Of a stretch of 64,000 nt of DNA, positions 14,723 through 27,188 are shown piece after piece. Source of the stretch: Octopus sinensis (lineage: Eukaryota); contig NC_043000.1 in NCBI RefSeq assembly GCF_006345805.1, positions 121,706,001 to 121,770,000 of the forward strand, read 5' to 3'. Every line of letters begins with the position of its first letter. The stretch's first letter is position 1. The notes under the pieces were generated by a model. That model ran no database searches, was not told where the DNA came from, and was given only the letters and a program-made list of their open reading frames with translations. The position numbers were made by a program, and so were the translations under genes.

Positions 14723-15525
14723 ACTACACCTATGAGGTTGTTTGACATTTTACATATATATGAAGATAATATCAAGAAGCATTATACAAAACGATATTTA
14801 GGGATTCTTGGAAACTATGTTTCCTGTCTTCATTCCTATTGATCCGTATCAGTTTTATTTTCTTGTTCTCCATATCAATTATCTCCCTTTGTTCACTTAT
14901 CAATTATCCTTTCAGAATCTCGAAAGTACTCATCTTGAATTAACTTCTCTTCCACTCGGTTGCATCACAGTCTTAAGTGGTCTCCGATCCTACGATTTCT
15001 TAATTATGGCATGGATCTATGAATAGACACACTTCACTGAATTAGTTCTTTTACTTCGGTAACCGTGCAAAAATCCATTAATAATCAGAGAGAACAATTT
15101 AGGTTTTTGACATCCTTGCATCTGTTATATCAATTAACATTTCATTCTCTCTTTCTCTTTCTCTCTCTTTCCCCCCTCACTATTTATCTCTATCTCTCAC
15201 ACACACCCTCTCTCCATCTTTCTCTCTCACTCTCACTCTACTTGTCTACATATTTCTTCTACATACAAAAACATGATTTCATATGTATGTGCATGTGTGG
15301 TTCTACGTAAGATATATACGTACATACACAGACACAAACATACACACACACATACACACACACACACACACACACAAATACACAAGTATATATAAATAGA
15401 CAAGACAAAGGTAAATAGACACCGCATCAGACATCGGTTTATGTTTGTTCGTACTTTTAAAGATTTATATTTTTCATTAACTGACATTTTTTAATGTTTT
15501 AGGTTCAATATGTGACTATTTAATC

Positions 15526-15645
15526 ATGCCACCCACAAAAGAAACCTTAGAACTGTCCGAATTTTAAAGAGGCCGTATTTTGGATCATTCTGAAAGTGAA
15601 CATGGTCAACAAAAAATCGCAGAAAATCTTGAGATCTCTGTTTCT
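15526..15645 (+). mobile_element. Tc1 transposase N-terminal fragment
   Basis: MPPTKETLELSEF*RGRILDHSESEHGQQKIAENLEISVS resembles the Tc1 paired-like HTH start (ELSxFERGRI..IA..L.IS). Confidence 0.55.
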
Positions 15646-16964
15646 AAATAATAAATAATTTGAACGTATGAGTTCAGATTTAAACAAAGTTTAATGATTA
15701 CATGTCTGTGTACGTGTGTGTGTGTGTGTGCATAAATTACTATAAACAGCCAGGGAAATTATAATTGTCACTAAATGCGTCTAAGGGCATCAAGAGACCT
15801 ACACTGCTGGAAATAAGGGTTTAAGATTAACTAATGCTATAGTAAAAGCCCATAATTTTATACAAATATACTCACAAAGGTTGTATTCCCCTAAAACCAC
15901 CGAGTCAAGAATGCGCTGTACTGAACGTTTCAGTTTCGACTATTTTCTTACGCTATTAGTTGAAACTGATCGTTCGACTATTTCCGGGCTTAATCTATCG
16001 TCAGAGTATATGTATTTTCCATAAAAAATGTATGGATCATTTAGTGAATCACAAAGCCTTGTGTATGGATTTGGATGACAGAAACTAAAATTAACTGATC
16101 ATATGTATATATATCGGTATCAGCATGTTCTCCTAAATTAGGGGTTCGGCAAAAGAGACTTATAGAATAAACAGTAGACTTCAACAAAAATATGTAGTGG
16201 TGGGAGATACATTCGACTAACGATTTTTCAAGTCGATGCACCAGCATGGCCGCAATCCAATGACTGAAACAAGAAAAGAAAAGAGAGAAAAAGGTATCTA
16301 ACTCTAGAAAATTAGAGCTCAATGTGGCAGTAGCAAGAATCTTCTCTAGATTCAATTCTTTTTGTTGGGTAGAGGCTTTACTAAACCTAAACTTGTGCGC
16401 TTCCGAATATAATGAAAAACTGATGTATCTACATAAAGTCTTATCACATCTCTATAAACCTTGAAAATCTTATATCAAATATGATTGATAGGATATCAAG
16501 TCTTCGCTTCTGAAAGGACATTTTCAATAAGGCAGCTCCCTACAATAATAACGCCTTGGGTAACATTGGTTTCGGAAACAAAATAGCTTACACACCGACA
16601 CTTAAAAAATAGGACACTTAAAATTAGAAATGGAAATGTTGTTTGGTTTGACGCCAGTCTTTCAACCCCCATTTTTCTCTTTCAATGTTTATGAAAATGT
16701 AAGTAGAAAATACCTTACCTCGATTGATAAGCATTTCCCGGACAGCCATAGGTATAACAACATTTTTAATGGACGTTGACTGAATGCTTTTTAGGGCTGC
16801 TGTCTCAACATGAAATACATTATTACAGTTTGGTCACAACTTAGGCGCCTACTGCAATATGTAACATAAAAGACCCAGAGACTTGCCTATTCGATCAGAC
16901 ACACATCGTTTGCTCAGTGGTCACCTCAAGTATAAAATATACACCTGCAAGGTGTATTTTCTCA

Positions 16965-17095
16965 CATTCATTTCTGTTGTAGAATGTAGGCTCGAAATAT
17001 AAAATACTTTTTTCAATTTCCGGAGCATCAAACTAATACACCTGTTTGTTGTTCTTACACCTGTCTTCGTCCTTTGTCTTTGTATGATTTTCAAA
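16965..17095 (+). mobile_element. Short Penelope-like non-coding element (family P1) with degenerate HHR-like motif, ending in (TA)n
   Basis: TTTCTGTTGTAGAATGTAGGCTCGAAATATAAAA...ACTAATACACCTGTTTG..CACCTGTCTTCGTC; homologous to 39940-40110. Confidence 0.65.
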
Positions 17096-17194
17096 TACAT
17101 ATATCCATATACATACATACATATATATATATATATTATATATATATATATATATATGCATCTATGTATCTATATTACTATGTGTGCATGGATG

Positions 17195-17300
17195 TATGTA
17201 CGCTCAGGAAAAGAAAAAGTATTTTTCGTTTCGAGCCTACGCTCTTCTACAGAAAGGGACAGAGAAAAATCAAGGAGAGAAACAAGGAGAAAAAATGTGT
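17195..17300 (-). mobile_element. Family P1 copy in opposite orientation
   Basis: Minus strand CTTTCTGTAGAAGAGCGTAGGCTCGAAACGAAAAA. Confidence 0.65.
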
Positions 17301-18093
17301 GTAGTGGCTAACAATGGCGACTCATGTATGTATGTACGTTTGTGCGTGTACGTATATATATTGTATTTTGCTATATTTTTGCATCATATATTATATGTAA
17401 CTTTCGAACCTAAATCTTGAAGAATTGTTACCAAATGAGTAATACATTGCGTATACGAAATGTGCAAATTTGTAAGAAAGAAACAAATGCTAGAATTATT
17501 CCTCCCTATATAACAGTTATATAGTTCACGTGGAAGCTTCTGAGGTATATTACGCTATCACATGTACCTATACATACACATTTACTACTATATGTATTAT
17601 ATATTACTTTTAATGAATGAGAACAATATATTAAAGCAAACCTAGCCCAAAGCTCATCAATGGAAAACAAAATGTGTTTACCATTATCGATGTTATTTAT
17701 AATGATTGCCTATGATCATAAAGGCAGGCGTCCTATATTTTAAACGTGATACATACACAGACAATTTTGTGGAAAACATTTTATTGTTATCGAACTAATC
17801 TAAAAAGATAATTATAGTCCAAAATAGACTTAAAATTCAAACATTTACTTTCATAATTGCATATGCGAAACCGATAATTGTACGCTTGTTTAATTGTTAT
17901 ACAGACATATACTGTCAATGCACTTATGAAACACACATTGGCCACATACACACACGTGTGTGTATAATATTATAATTGCATGATAAGTGAAATTAATAAT
18001 TCTACTACTGTTTAATTGCCTTACAGATACAGTTGTCTTTGTGCTTATTAGATACATAATGTATATACTTGTAATAATATGCTTATGTGCGTC

Positions 18094-18180
<87 letters not shown>

Positions 18181-18797
18181 CGCGTGTGTGTGTGAGTGTG
18201 TATGTTTGAATGGTGTTGAATATATATATTGTTATGCAGGTACCTATATGTGTGTGTAGTGTGTCTGTTTGTGTGAATAGATCTAGAAATATACACAGAG
18301 AGAACATGAATTTCAGACGCTGTAGTAATCTTATATCTGAAATGTACTTGTAAATATAGTGCACAAGAAATAACTTCTAAATGTTATTTGCTCAAATTTG
18401 TTCAACAATATTTCTGTGAAAGCAATATGAATTGTTGCACACATCGATAATGAACGATAAACGATCGAACAAAAGGAATTTAAAACGTAATCGATTCTAA
18501 CTTATTCAAGCAAGTTTTAAAGCTGAATGCAATAGATATATTTTAGATTAAATATAAAGGAAACAAAAATGAAGGGTAAGGTTTTTGAGTAAATATTATA
18601 GGATCAAGGACGTCTGAGTAGATGTTTCGTTCATGTAATACATGGAAGAGTGCATATTTTAAAATATAAAAACAAAAAAAAAAACAACGAACAGAAATGA
18701 GAAGTTCATTCTTAGATACTGAACGTTTATCTAAGAAAATTTCTGCAAATACACATCCTGAAGTAAATACGGAATAAAATAAGGATTAGCAGGTTAC

Positions 18798-18862
18798 CTG
18801 TCGTGTAATCGATAAACAGATCATCCTGCCATTGGTGCCCCTCCAAATGCCGGCCTATCTCA
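18798..18862 (-). CDS. Candidate internal coding exon (65 nt), unidentified protein
   Basis: TTATGTTTCAG| acceptor, CAG|GTAACC donor, GC-richer than flanks, only one open frame: EIGRHLEGHQWQDDLFIDYTT. Confidence 0.45.
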
Positions 18863-19481
18863 CTGAAACATAATTGTGTAGTGGTTAATTTATACATTAG
18901 TGTTGCGTTATTTCCACTCATAAAACAGAACCTATTTCCCTGAGCCTTTGTCATAGTTACAGAATAATGCTTATTAGAACACGTAACTTTGTTGTAAATT
19001 AACATAATAACCTATCTTGCTAGCGCTAGTAACAATCGAATTATAGTTTGAAGAGAGTACAGTTAAATAACAAAAGAAACTTATATCATAAGAAGAGGGG
19101 AGTAAAAAATTTTGCGAGTTCAAAGCCTAAGTGAAAATAATGTTTTCAAACTTTTGCTTCCGGAAAGAAAATGTTAAGCTTCCTGCTCACTCAGGATTCT
19201 GCAAAATATTGTTTTAAATTTTCGCACAAAACCAGTAATTTGGTGAGGAAGAGTTAGTCCATTAGATTTAGTCTAGTGCTCAACTGTTACTTAAATTTAT
19301 TGTCCCAGGAAAGACGAAATACAGTGACAACCTCGGCTGAATTTGAAATCTGAATATACAGTGGGAAGAAATACTAGTAAGCATTTGTCCTAATTGCAAA
19401 CTATTCTGCCAATAATAATTACTTCAAGTAAAAAAGCACAATTATGTATAACGCTACAAATATTGTTAGAATAACCAAAGA

Positions 19482-20090
19482 CAGTGAGCTGGAAGAATCG
19501 TTAGCACGCCGTGCAAAATGCTTGGAGGTGTTTCGTCTGTCGCTACGTTCTGAGTTCAAATCCCGCCAAGGTCGACTTTGCCTTTCATTCTTTCGGAGTC
19601 GATAAATTAAGTACAAGTTACGTACTGGGGTCGATGTAATCGACTTAATCCGTTTGCCTATCCTTATTTGTCCTCTCTGTGTTTAGCCCTTTGTGGGTAA
19701 TAAAGAAATAGATATTACGTCTGTTGCTACGTTCTGAGTTCACATTCTGTCGAGGTCGACTTTGCCTTTCATCCTTTCGGGGTCGATTACTCACTGGGGT
19801 CCATATAATCGACTTAGTCCGTTTGTCTGTCCTTGTTAGTCCCCTCTGTGTGTAGCCGCTTATGGCCAGCAAAGAAATAAGTATCGTTAGCACACTGGAA
19901 ATGCTTAAAATTCTTTTGCTCGTCTATGAGTTTGAGTTCCAGTTCCGCCGAGGTTGACTTTGCTTTTCAATCGTTCGGAGTCTATAAATTAAGTATTAGT
20001 AAAAACAAAGGGGTCGACATAATCAAGTGGTCCCATCTCCGCAGATGTGAGGCTTTGTGTCTTTAGTAGAAAGGATTATTATGGATAACC
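19482..20090 (+). mobile_element. SINE family B head followed by tandem body repeats
   Basis: Full copy to AAAGAAATA (19710), second unit restarts inside the tRNA head 184 bp after the equivalent position, third decayed unit from 19881. Confidence 0.85.
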
Positions 20091-20533
20091 ATCAGAACAT
20101 TTAAACCAAATTAAATGCAACCACAGAATGTCGACGGATTACGTCACACCTTTTCACTTTATCTTTATACACCAGGAGGAATTTCATTCCCTGTTTCATG
20201 GAACCCAGGAAGAGTGGTCTTATCGCACAGCATCAGTTTGTACTTTCTGTCGACATTTCCAAAGGTTCACAACACTGAACCTTTTATCTCTTTAGTTTCA
20301 CCTACCAATTTAAATGTTAAATGAGAAAGCTGATGAGACATCTTCTCCAAGGAGGAGATTTTAGCCCTCCATCATTCCAACACCACCTACCACTTTACTT
20401 CTTATATTTCACATAAAGGGTAACGGAAACCTCAAATTATTTCTCTGCAAAGAAAACCATTAGATTAATATTAACGAAAGACTTCATTGAGAGCCGAATT
20501 CATTGCACATCTGATAAAATCTGTCCGACAGAG

Positions 20534-20741
20534 TGGCGTAGGAGTGGCTGTGTGTATGTAGATTGCTTATGAACCACATGGGTCCGGGTTCAGTCCCACT
20601 ACGTGGCACCTTGGGCAAGTGTCTTCTACTATAACCTCGGGCTGACCAAAGACTTGTGAGTGGATTTGGTAGACGGAAACTGAAAGTAGCTCATCGTATA
20701 CATGTATGTATATATATATATATACATGTGTGTGTGTGCGT

Positions 20742-20773
<32 letters not shown>

Positions 20774-20840
20774 AGGTTTGTGTATCTGTGTTTGCCCCCA
20801 ACCTCACTTGATAACCGATGTTGGTGTGCTTACGTCCCTG
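20534..20840 (+). mobile_element. SINE family A
   Basis: GGCGTAGGAGTGGCTGTGTG head, GGTTCAGTCCCAC B-box, internal (TA)n(TG)n. Confidence 0.85.
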
Positions 20841-21154
20841 ATCTACAGATCTAACTGTCTGATATTGTCTTAACTATCAACTATATCGTTCTGTTCCCTC
20901 ACCTATTAATGCATATATCGTATTTTCATCTCACGTTAAAAATGCAAAGTATAACCTTTGCGCGCTTTGTTGTACAGGCGACAAACAGTAAATTATTAAG
21001 GCCTTTAAACTTTAATTAGTTGCTGATATTAGGAAAAACATTTGTATCATCACCTATGTAATAGTAACACCACGACCCCCACCACCTACACTAGCTTACC
21101 TCCTTGCCTGCTTTCCTCTAACTTTATGAAAAGAAGTACTAAATTTCCTAATAC

Positions 21155-21386
21155 GGGGCGGCAAGCTGGCAGAAACGTTAGCACGCCGGGCAATGTGCTT
21201 AGCGGTATTTCGCCTGCCGCTACGTTCTGAGTTCAAGTTCCGCCGAGGTCGACTTTGCCTTTCGTCCTTTTGAGGTCGACTAAATAAGTACCAGTTACGC
21301 ACTGGGATCAATATAATCGACTTAAACCGTTTGTCTGTCCTTGTTTGTCCCCTCTGTATTTAGCCCTTTGTGGGCAATAAAGAAAT
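21155..21386 (+). mobile_element. SINE family B
   Basis: GGGGCGGCAAGCTGGCAGAAACGTTAGC...GAGTTCAAGTTCC...GTGGGCAATAAAGAAATA. Confidence 0.9.
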
Positions 21387-21389
21387 AAA

Positions 21390-21545
21390 ATACGAAGGAG
21401 TGATAAAAATGTCTTGGCTTTTGATCACTTATTTATGATTTAATTCAATATATCCCCCTTTCAAATTCACACAATTATTGCAGCGGCCCTTGTATTTTGC
21501 TAAAATTTTAAAAAGAATTCGAAAGGTTGGGCCCTGAACCAGGCC
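21390..21545 (-). mobile_element. Mariner 3' end fragment
   Basis: Minus strand GRCNNCVNLKGD resembles the mariner C-terminus (xRWxKCVxxxGxY); TACGAAGGAGTGATAAAA resembles a mariner TIR. Confidence 0.4.
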
Positions 21546-21589
21546 GTTCTCTATACTTTTATGGTCAGGAACTTTTCAGCACCCCCTCG

Positions 21590-22152
21590 TATGGTTGGCA
21601 TCCTTTTTGTCTCGGGAGACAATGGAGTTGTGCATAAATAGTCTAGTCCGGCTTTTACATTTCATGTCCTGATACATTTCCTGCTGTGGCTGTGCAGTCC
21701 TATCCTGGACAGACACTCCCTCTGGCAGGTACAGCAAAAGTAGCGAAGACTGTTCCCGGCTGGTTGTAATGTCATAGTTTCTTGTTGACGTCTTTTCTTG
21801 TCTTTCCATTTCTCCTCTCTCCCTCTTCCACTCCTTTGTATTCCCCCTCTTTAACGGTACGTCGCCAATCTCCACAGTTGCTGGCAACTGCTTCCCAATT
21901 GCTAATATTGATGTTGCAGGCCTCCATGTCCCTTTTGCAAACATCATTGTAACGTAAGAACGGTCTTCCCACAGACCTAGTACCCCTAGCAAGCTCTCCG
22001 TAGAGTATGATCCTCAGCAGCTTTGGTGGACATCCGATTTTTTGGAGCAGGAGGAAGAGGCCTTTTCTACTTACCGAGTCAAATGCCTTTGTCAGATCAA
22101 TGAAGGCCATATATAATGGCATTTTCTGCTCTCTGGACTTCTTCTCGTATAC
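21590..22152 (-). mobile_element. Internally deleted RTE (BovB-like) LINE
   Basis: EKKSREQKMPLYMAFIDLTKAFDSVSR..KIGCPPKLL (RT) fused to LYGEL..GRPFLRYNDVCKRDM..WE..WR and CTCQRECLSRIGLHSHSRKC (RTE C-terminus). Confidence 0.9.
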
Positions 22153-22399
22153 CCCATATATATTCTACATACTTCTGTCTGTATAGTATACCTTATTTCC
22201 TTTCTCTGTCTGCTGATTGTAACCTATTTCCGCAAAACCGATTTCTCTATTTCTTTTCTTTGTCTGCCACTTAGCTCTTTATTACTACTGTCTTCCACAG
22301 ACGAACAGACATAACCGAATATGAGAGATGTACTTGATGAGAGATGTACAAGGTATTGCGTATCCAGAATAACCGTAAGGAAAGTAGACGGATTATAAA

Positions 22400-23030
22400 T
22401 ACATACGATAATAACACAGAGGGAACGGTTTTAGGAATGAAGAATCCAACAAAAAAAGAATATATGATAAAACTGAGCAGAGAAGTAATATGAAAGGTTT
22501 CTTATAAATATGCTAAGGTATAAATAGCAACGAAATTGTTTCCATATTCAGTTTTATTCCATGATAGGAAGGGATCATATGGATATTACTGTATAAAAAG
22601 CTAAGAGAAAAAATATCAGAAAAAGAAAAATATAAAGGCTAAAACCTACTTCAGATTATGCAATCACCATAAAAACAAGTCAATACTTAATTTCCAGCAA
22701 CCCAGAATATGTCTTTAGGCATGACCGAATAAGTAGTTATATCCTCTCAATAGTCGGCAGAAGCTTCCATATATGAACTAAAAATAATTGGTAAAAGCGC
22801 GCAGAAAATCCGATTTTTAGCAAGGGCATAGAAGTAATACTTTGACTCGTGTTTGTCCAAACTGACATGCAAGTCAAATAGGACTGCTCAGATTTTACAA
22901 AGAAAGCTAAAAGAAAAAGATATGCATTCGACAGGCAACTCCAAATTATGACACGAAAGAATGTAACAAAGCTGTTCGAGTAGAAAGAACAAGATATGAA
23001 GGTAGAATTTATAGCCATTGATATTTTGAG
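22400..23030 (+). mobile_element. Highly decayed REL-endonuclease LINE remnant
   Basis: Broken frames: YVFRHDRISSYIL (RHD motif) and FVQTDMQVK (QTD motif preceding the REL PD..D). Confidence 0.45.
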
Positions 23031-23092
23031 TATGACAAAACGACATCGAAATATATAAATGTCATGCCAGGGCTTGCGAGGTTATACAAAAT

Positions 23093-23149
<57 letters not shown>

Positions 23150-23607
23150 AACAATGCAACACAAACAATCTACTCATGACCCTTCCTATCTAAAATATTT
23201 CACGTAGTTTATATTCCACACAATCCCTTGGCATCGTGATAAATTCTGAAATATAAATCGAGAGTGTAAATATAAAAGTGCATCATGTTAAAAATTACGC
23301 TACAGAAAAGCATCTCTAGAACGGGTACGTTAAAATCCAAATCTAATCAGCCGCTGATGTATAACAAAAACAGCCATAAAACACCTGCGATAATCTGTAA
23401 TCATAATTGTAATTATTGTCGTTTTCAATGATTTCACGCGAAATTACATCCAGCAAACAGATGTACACCCATGTTCTTGTCGTATGAACAACATTGCCAT
23501 TTGCAGATGTGAATCGGTGTTTGACTGTTACATCTAATTTGTCATGTAGTGACGTTTTTTCTTCCTCTTGATTGCTGTCACTTTTGTCGTTCGTATATTT
23601 ATAGATG

Positions 23608-24004
23608 ACTAGCTGTATCGCCCGGCGTTGCCAGGGTTTATTTCGACCCTTTAGAATTGGAACTTTTGAATTGTAAAAATTTTGCATTATGTAGCTTGTT
23701 ATTCTCTTTAAGTGAACATTTTTCTGGTTGCAATACACCGAAAAATGACGACATAGCAGTCAAAAAATCGTAAAAAAATAGGGATTTTCATAGAAAAAAA
23801 AGCACCTTTTTGATGTAAATTATTTTTGGTGTTAACCTGGTCCGATTTGAAGTTTTTTCTTGTACGGAAGGAAGAGCAAGCCTTCTTCTATCATAATCTC
23901 ATTTTTGGTCAACTTGCGGCGTAGGGTCTCGGAGGAGATAGTGTTAGTTGAAGGCTACCTAACCTGCCATACACAGACAACTTCAGCTTTATATATATAT
24001 AGAT
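23608..24004 (+). mobile_element. Non-autonomous Helitron-like element
   Basis: Starts ACTAGCTGTATCGCCCGGCGTTGCCAGGG (subterminal IR) and ends ACAGACAACTTCAGCTTTATATATATATAGAT, termini typical of non-autonomous Helitron/Helentron-like repeats. Confidence 0.7.
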
Positions 24005-24339
24005 GTATACTGTGTGGTTTATGACGCTTTAGTGGATGGTGCATCTGTCGTGTTCGGGCTTTGACAGCTGTCTAGCTATTGTACAGAACGTGTTATGCGA
24101 GCTATAAAAAGTTGTACTAGGTAAGTTGTGCTCTTGGTTTTAAATTGGTTTTACGGAGAATATTGATTGTGACTTATAGGGCACCTTTTAAAACGTATAT
24201 GGTTCCCTTTCAAGGGACCTATTAAACTTCCTTTAAACGGAACCTATAAAGATATACTGTTCCTTTTGAACAATTATTAACCTAAGAGAAATGATTCAAC
24301 TTGTTCAATGACATGTATTTGCATATCGTAGACAAATAC

Positions 24340-24720
24340 AAATATGTCAATTAACATAATTTAATTTAAATTCTTGATTTATTAAATTCATATCCGACTC
24401 GAGAGGGAGTGTCATATTTAAGCAAAATGCAGTTAAGATCATCTCTACATAACGGAAAATAATTTCAAGGACCAAGAATTTCCCCAAAATTGAAATAATT
24501 AAGGAAAAAGACAAGCTTGTCTGGAGATAAGAGGGCATTCATAATGTCTTTGTTCAACTTATTTTGTATCAAAAATTGTGCGATCAATTTTGGTACTGTT
24601 TTTGCTTCTCTTTATATTCTAACAGCCAATTGTGTCCCCAATTGTATTCCATAACTTTTCATCTCGCTCTTCTGAGGCGAATGTTGTGTCGATGGGGATA
24701 TAAATTTTTATCATAGAATG
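24340..24720 (-). mobile_element. Possible Penelope-like reverse transcriptase remnant
   Basis: Broken frames YGIQLGTQLAV (cf. GxxMGxxxAP) and FRYVEMIL (cf. FRYIDDI); heavily decayed. Confidence 0.3.
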
Positions 24721-25256
24721 CAATTACTCTTGAATTTGAACCTGGCATCGAGGAGGACTAATTTAACAGTTTTAATTATGAGCAATTGTGTTCGACAAAC
24801 TACCGAACTCGGTTTCCGTGGAGATTTCTGTTCATTTGAAACTATATGTGAGCGCTGGATACAAAGGGCGATAATGGCTTGATGAAATGTGCTTGCTCTG
24901 AACATGTGACTGTAAGATAAAGGTCACAAACAGATGTTGACATTAAAAACTACCGATACACTCCTCTGAATGGCAGTATAATCAAAACAGAATAAAGAGC
25001 ATTTAGCTAAAATAACGATATTTTAGCTAAAGAAAAAAGATTAAATTTGAAAAGTCGACTAGTTAAAGCATTACATTCAACGCGATAGCAGTGATGGCCT
25101 ACAAATATTTCTTCCCCATGAAAGATTATTTTAGACTCAAAGGTAGGAAAAGTGCACCGTGGTCCCGTGTATTACTGTGACTACTGTGTAATGCAAACGT
25201 TCGGTTTTAATGGACCTGGATGTGTTTATTGTCCTCAATTCAAGAGAAATCTATAG

Positions 25257-25560
25257 GTGCAGGTGTTGCTGTGTAGTTAGAAGCTTGCTTCCCGACCACA
25301 TAGCTTTCAGTTCAGTACCACTCTTGACACCTTGGGCAAGTATCTCCTACTAACGCTTTGTGAGTAGATTTGGTAGCTGGAAATTGAAAGAAAGCATTCC
25401 TATATGTACGTGTGTGTATGTGTGCGTTTGTGTGTGTATGTGTGTGTGTGTGTGTGTACGTATATGCGTGTGCGTGTTTGCTCTTACTGTTTTTACTTGA
25501 CAACCGTTGTTGGTTTCTTTACCCCTACGAAATTTAGCAGCTCGACAAAGGGAAAACGAT
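25257..25560 (+). mobile_element. SINE family A, decayed
   Basis: GCTGTGTAGTTAGAAGCTTGCTTCCC...CACCTTGGGCAAG, internal (TG)n. Confidence 0.75.
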
Positions 25561-25825
25561 AGAATAATTGCAGTAACTGCTGAAAAAACTTTTTCTAATT
25601 AAAAGATATTTCAAGGTGGTAGACCAGCATGAATGTAATCCAGTGACTGAAATAAGTATAAAAAATACGAGATGTCACTTCAGCGGCAGTTTATTTAATT
25701 CTTCGGGACAAGTGGGAAACAGAACTAGTAGTGGACTTCAATGCCCTCTATGTCATAATAATGCGATCCTCAGCGAAGGATGTCGTGTCATACGAAAGAT
25801 GCTTCCATCATAATCATAAGCAATA

Positions 25826-26235
25826 TAGGCGTTGGAGTGGCTGTGTGCTAAGTAGCTTGTTTACGAACCATATTGTTTTGAGTTCAGTCCCACGGCGTGG
25901 TACCTTGGGAAAGTATCTTCTACTATAGCCTCGGGTAGACCAAAACTTTATGAGTGGATTGAGTAGACAGAAACTGAAAGAAGCCCATCGTATATATGTA
26001 TATATATATGTATGTGTGTGTATATGTTTGTGTGTCTGTGATTGTCCCACCAAAATCGCTTGAAATCCGATGCTGGTGTGTTTACGTCAACGTAACTTAG
26101 CAGTTCGGCAAAAGAGACCGATAGAATAAGTACTAGGCTTACAAAGAATAGGTCCTGTAGTCGATTTACTAGACTAAAGGCGGTGCTCCAGCATGACCAC
26201 AATCAAATGACTGAAACAAGTAAAGAGTAAGAGTA
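25826..26235 (+). mobile_element. SINE family A, full length
   Basis: tRNA-like head, internal (TA)(TG) microsatellite, tail GGCGGTGCTCCAGCATGACC...TGACTGAAACAAGTAAAGAG. Confidence 0.9.
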
Positions 26236-26299
26236 AATGAAATTTCAACGAAATATTTAGAGCTTCTAATAATTTAACTACAACTCTGATAGACGTATA

Positions 26300-27188
26300 C
26301 AACTAGGTACCTAAAAGTAACCGGAAACATTCTCTGTGGAGCAAACCCGTTGTAGTTCAGACTTCCACAGACAGAAGACACTTGATGCAACCCTCAGGTG
26401 TCAGTCTGTCGACCAGCATCGTCTATTGGGTCGTACTGTAATGTGATGCATCTTTGTTTTTGCAGTGTTTTTCTCCTGTTCGTCGAGTTTTGCGATGGAT
26501 TAAACGAAGAAATAGCGTGCTTTCCTGAAATTCTGTTTTCTGCTAGGGACAATAGCGGCCAAAATGGTTGTCATACTTGAAACAACTTAAAAGAATGTTG
26601 TCATAAGGAAAACACATGTTTATATGTGGCTTCCACGCTTTAGGAATGGTCACTTGTCGTCTGGAGACCGACTACGTTGAGAACGAGCGTCGACCACCAG
26701 AACGAATGAAAACATCATGAAAATAAATGAACTGATCTTGCAGGACTATTCCGGAACATTTGATGAAATTGTTGATGTAACTGATGTGTTCTGGTGCTCC
26801 TGCCAAACAATTTTAAGCGAGCAATTGCGAATGAATAGTGTTGCGGCAAAACGTGTGCCTCGCTTGCTCACAGAAGATCAAAATCAGTCACGACTGAATT
26901 CGTTTTGTGAATTAAAAGAAAGGTTGGAAGTTGATCCGGACCTTTTTTGGAAGGTCATCACTGGTGACGAATGGTGGTGGTGCGTAATTTGCAGATGTGG
27001 AAGAGGTGAAGAAATAAAAAAACAAAGGAGGTGTTAAAAGCACCACTTCGCAAGAGTTCCAGCACAGCTTCGAACAGTGGAAAATGCGCCTGGAGAATTT
27101 CTTTAAAAGCGATAAAAAAAGTAAACATGTAAAACAAAGTGAATAAAATAACACTTCAAAATTCTGATTTCGTTTGGGTACCCCTTCG
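26300..27188 (+). mobile_element. Internally deleted mariner transposon
   Basis: N-terminal KTHVYMWLPRFRNG, VAAKRVPRLLT, KVITGDE (first catalytic D) joined to C-terminal FADVEEVK..EFQHSFEQWKMRLE; degenerate TIRs flanked by TA. Confidence 0.85.

Noticed and set aside
16719-16851. Minus-strand segment with strong donor GAG|GTAAGG
   Set aside because: The best acceptor gives stops in all frames; an alternative acceptor is weak.
20325-20365. CTGATGA followed by a hairpin
   Set aside because: No GAAA, helix III or helix I.
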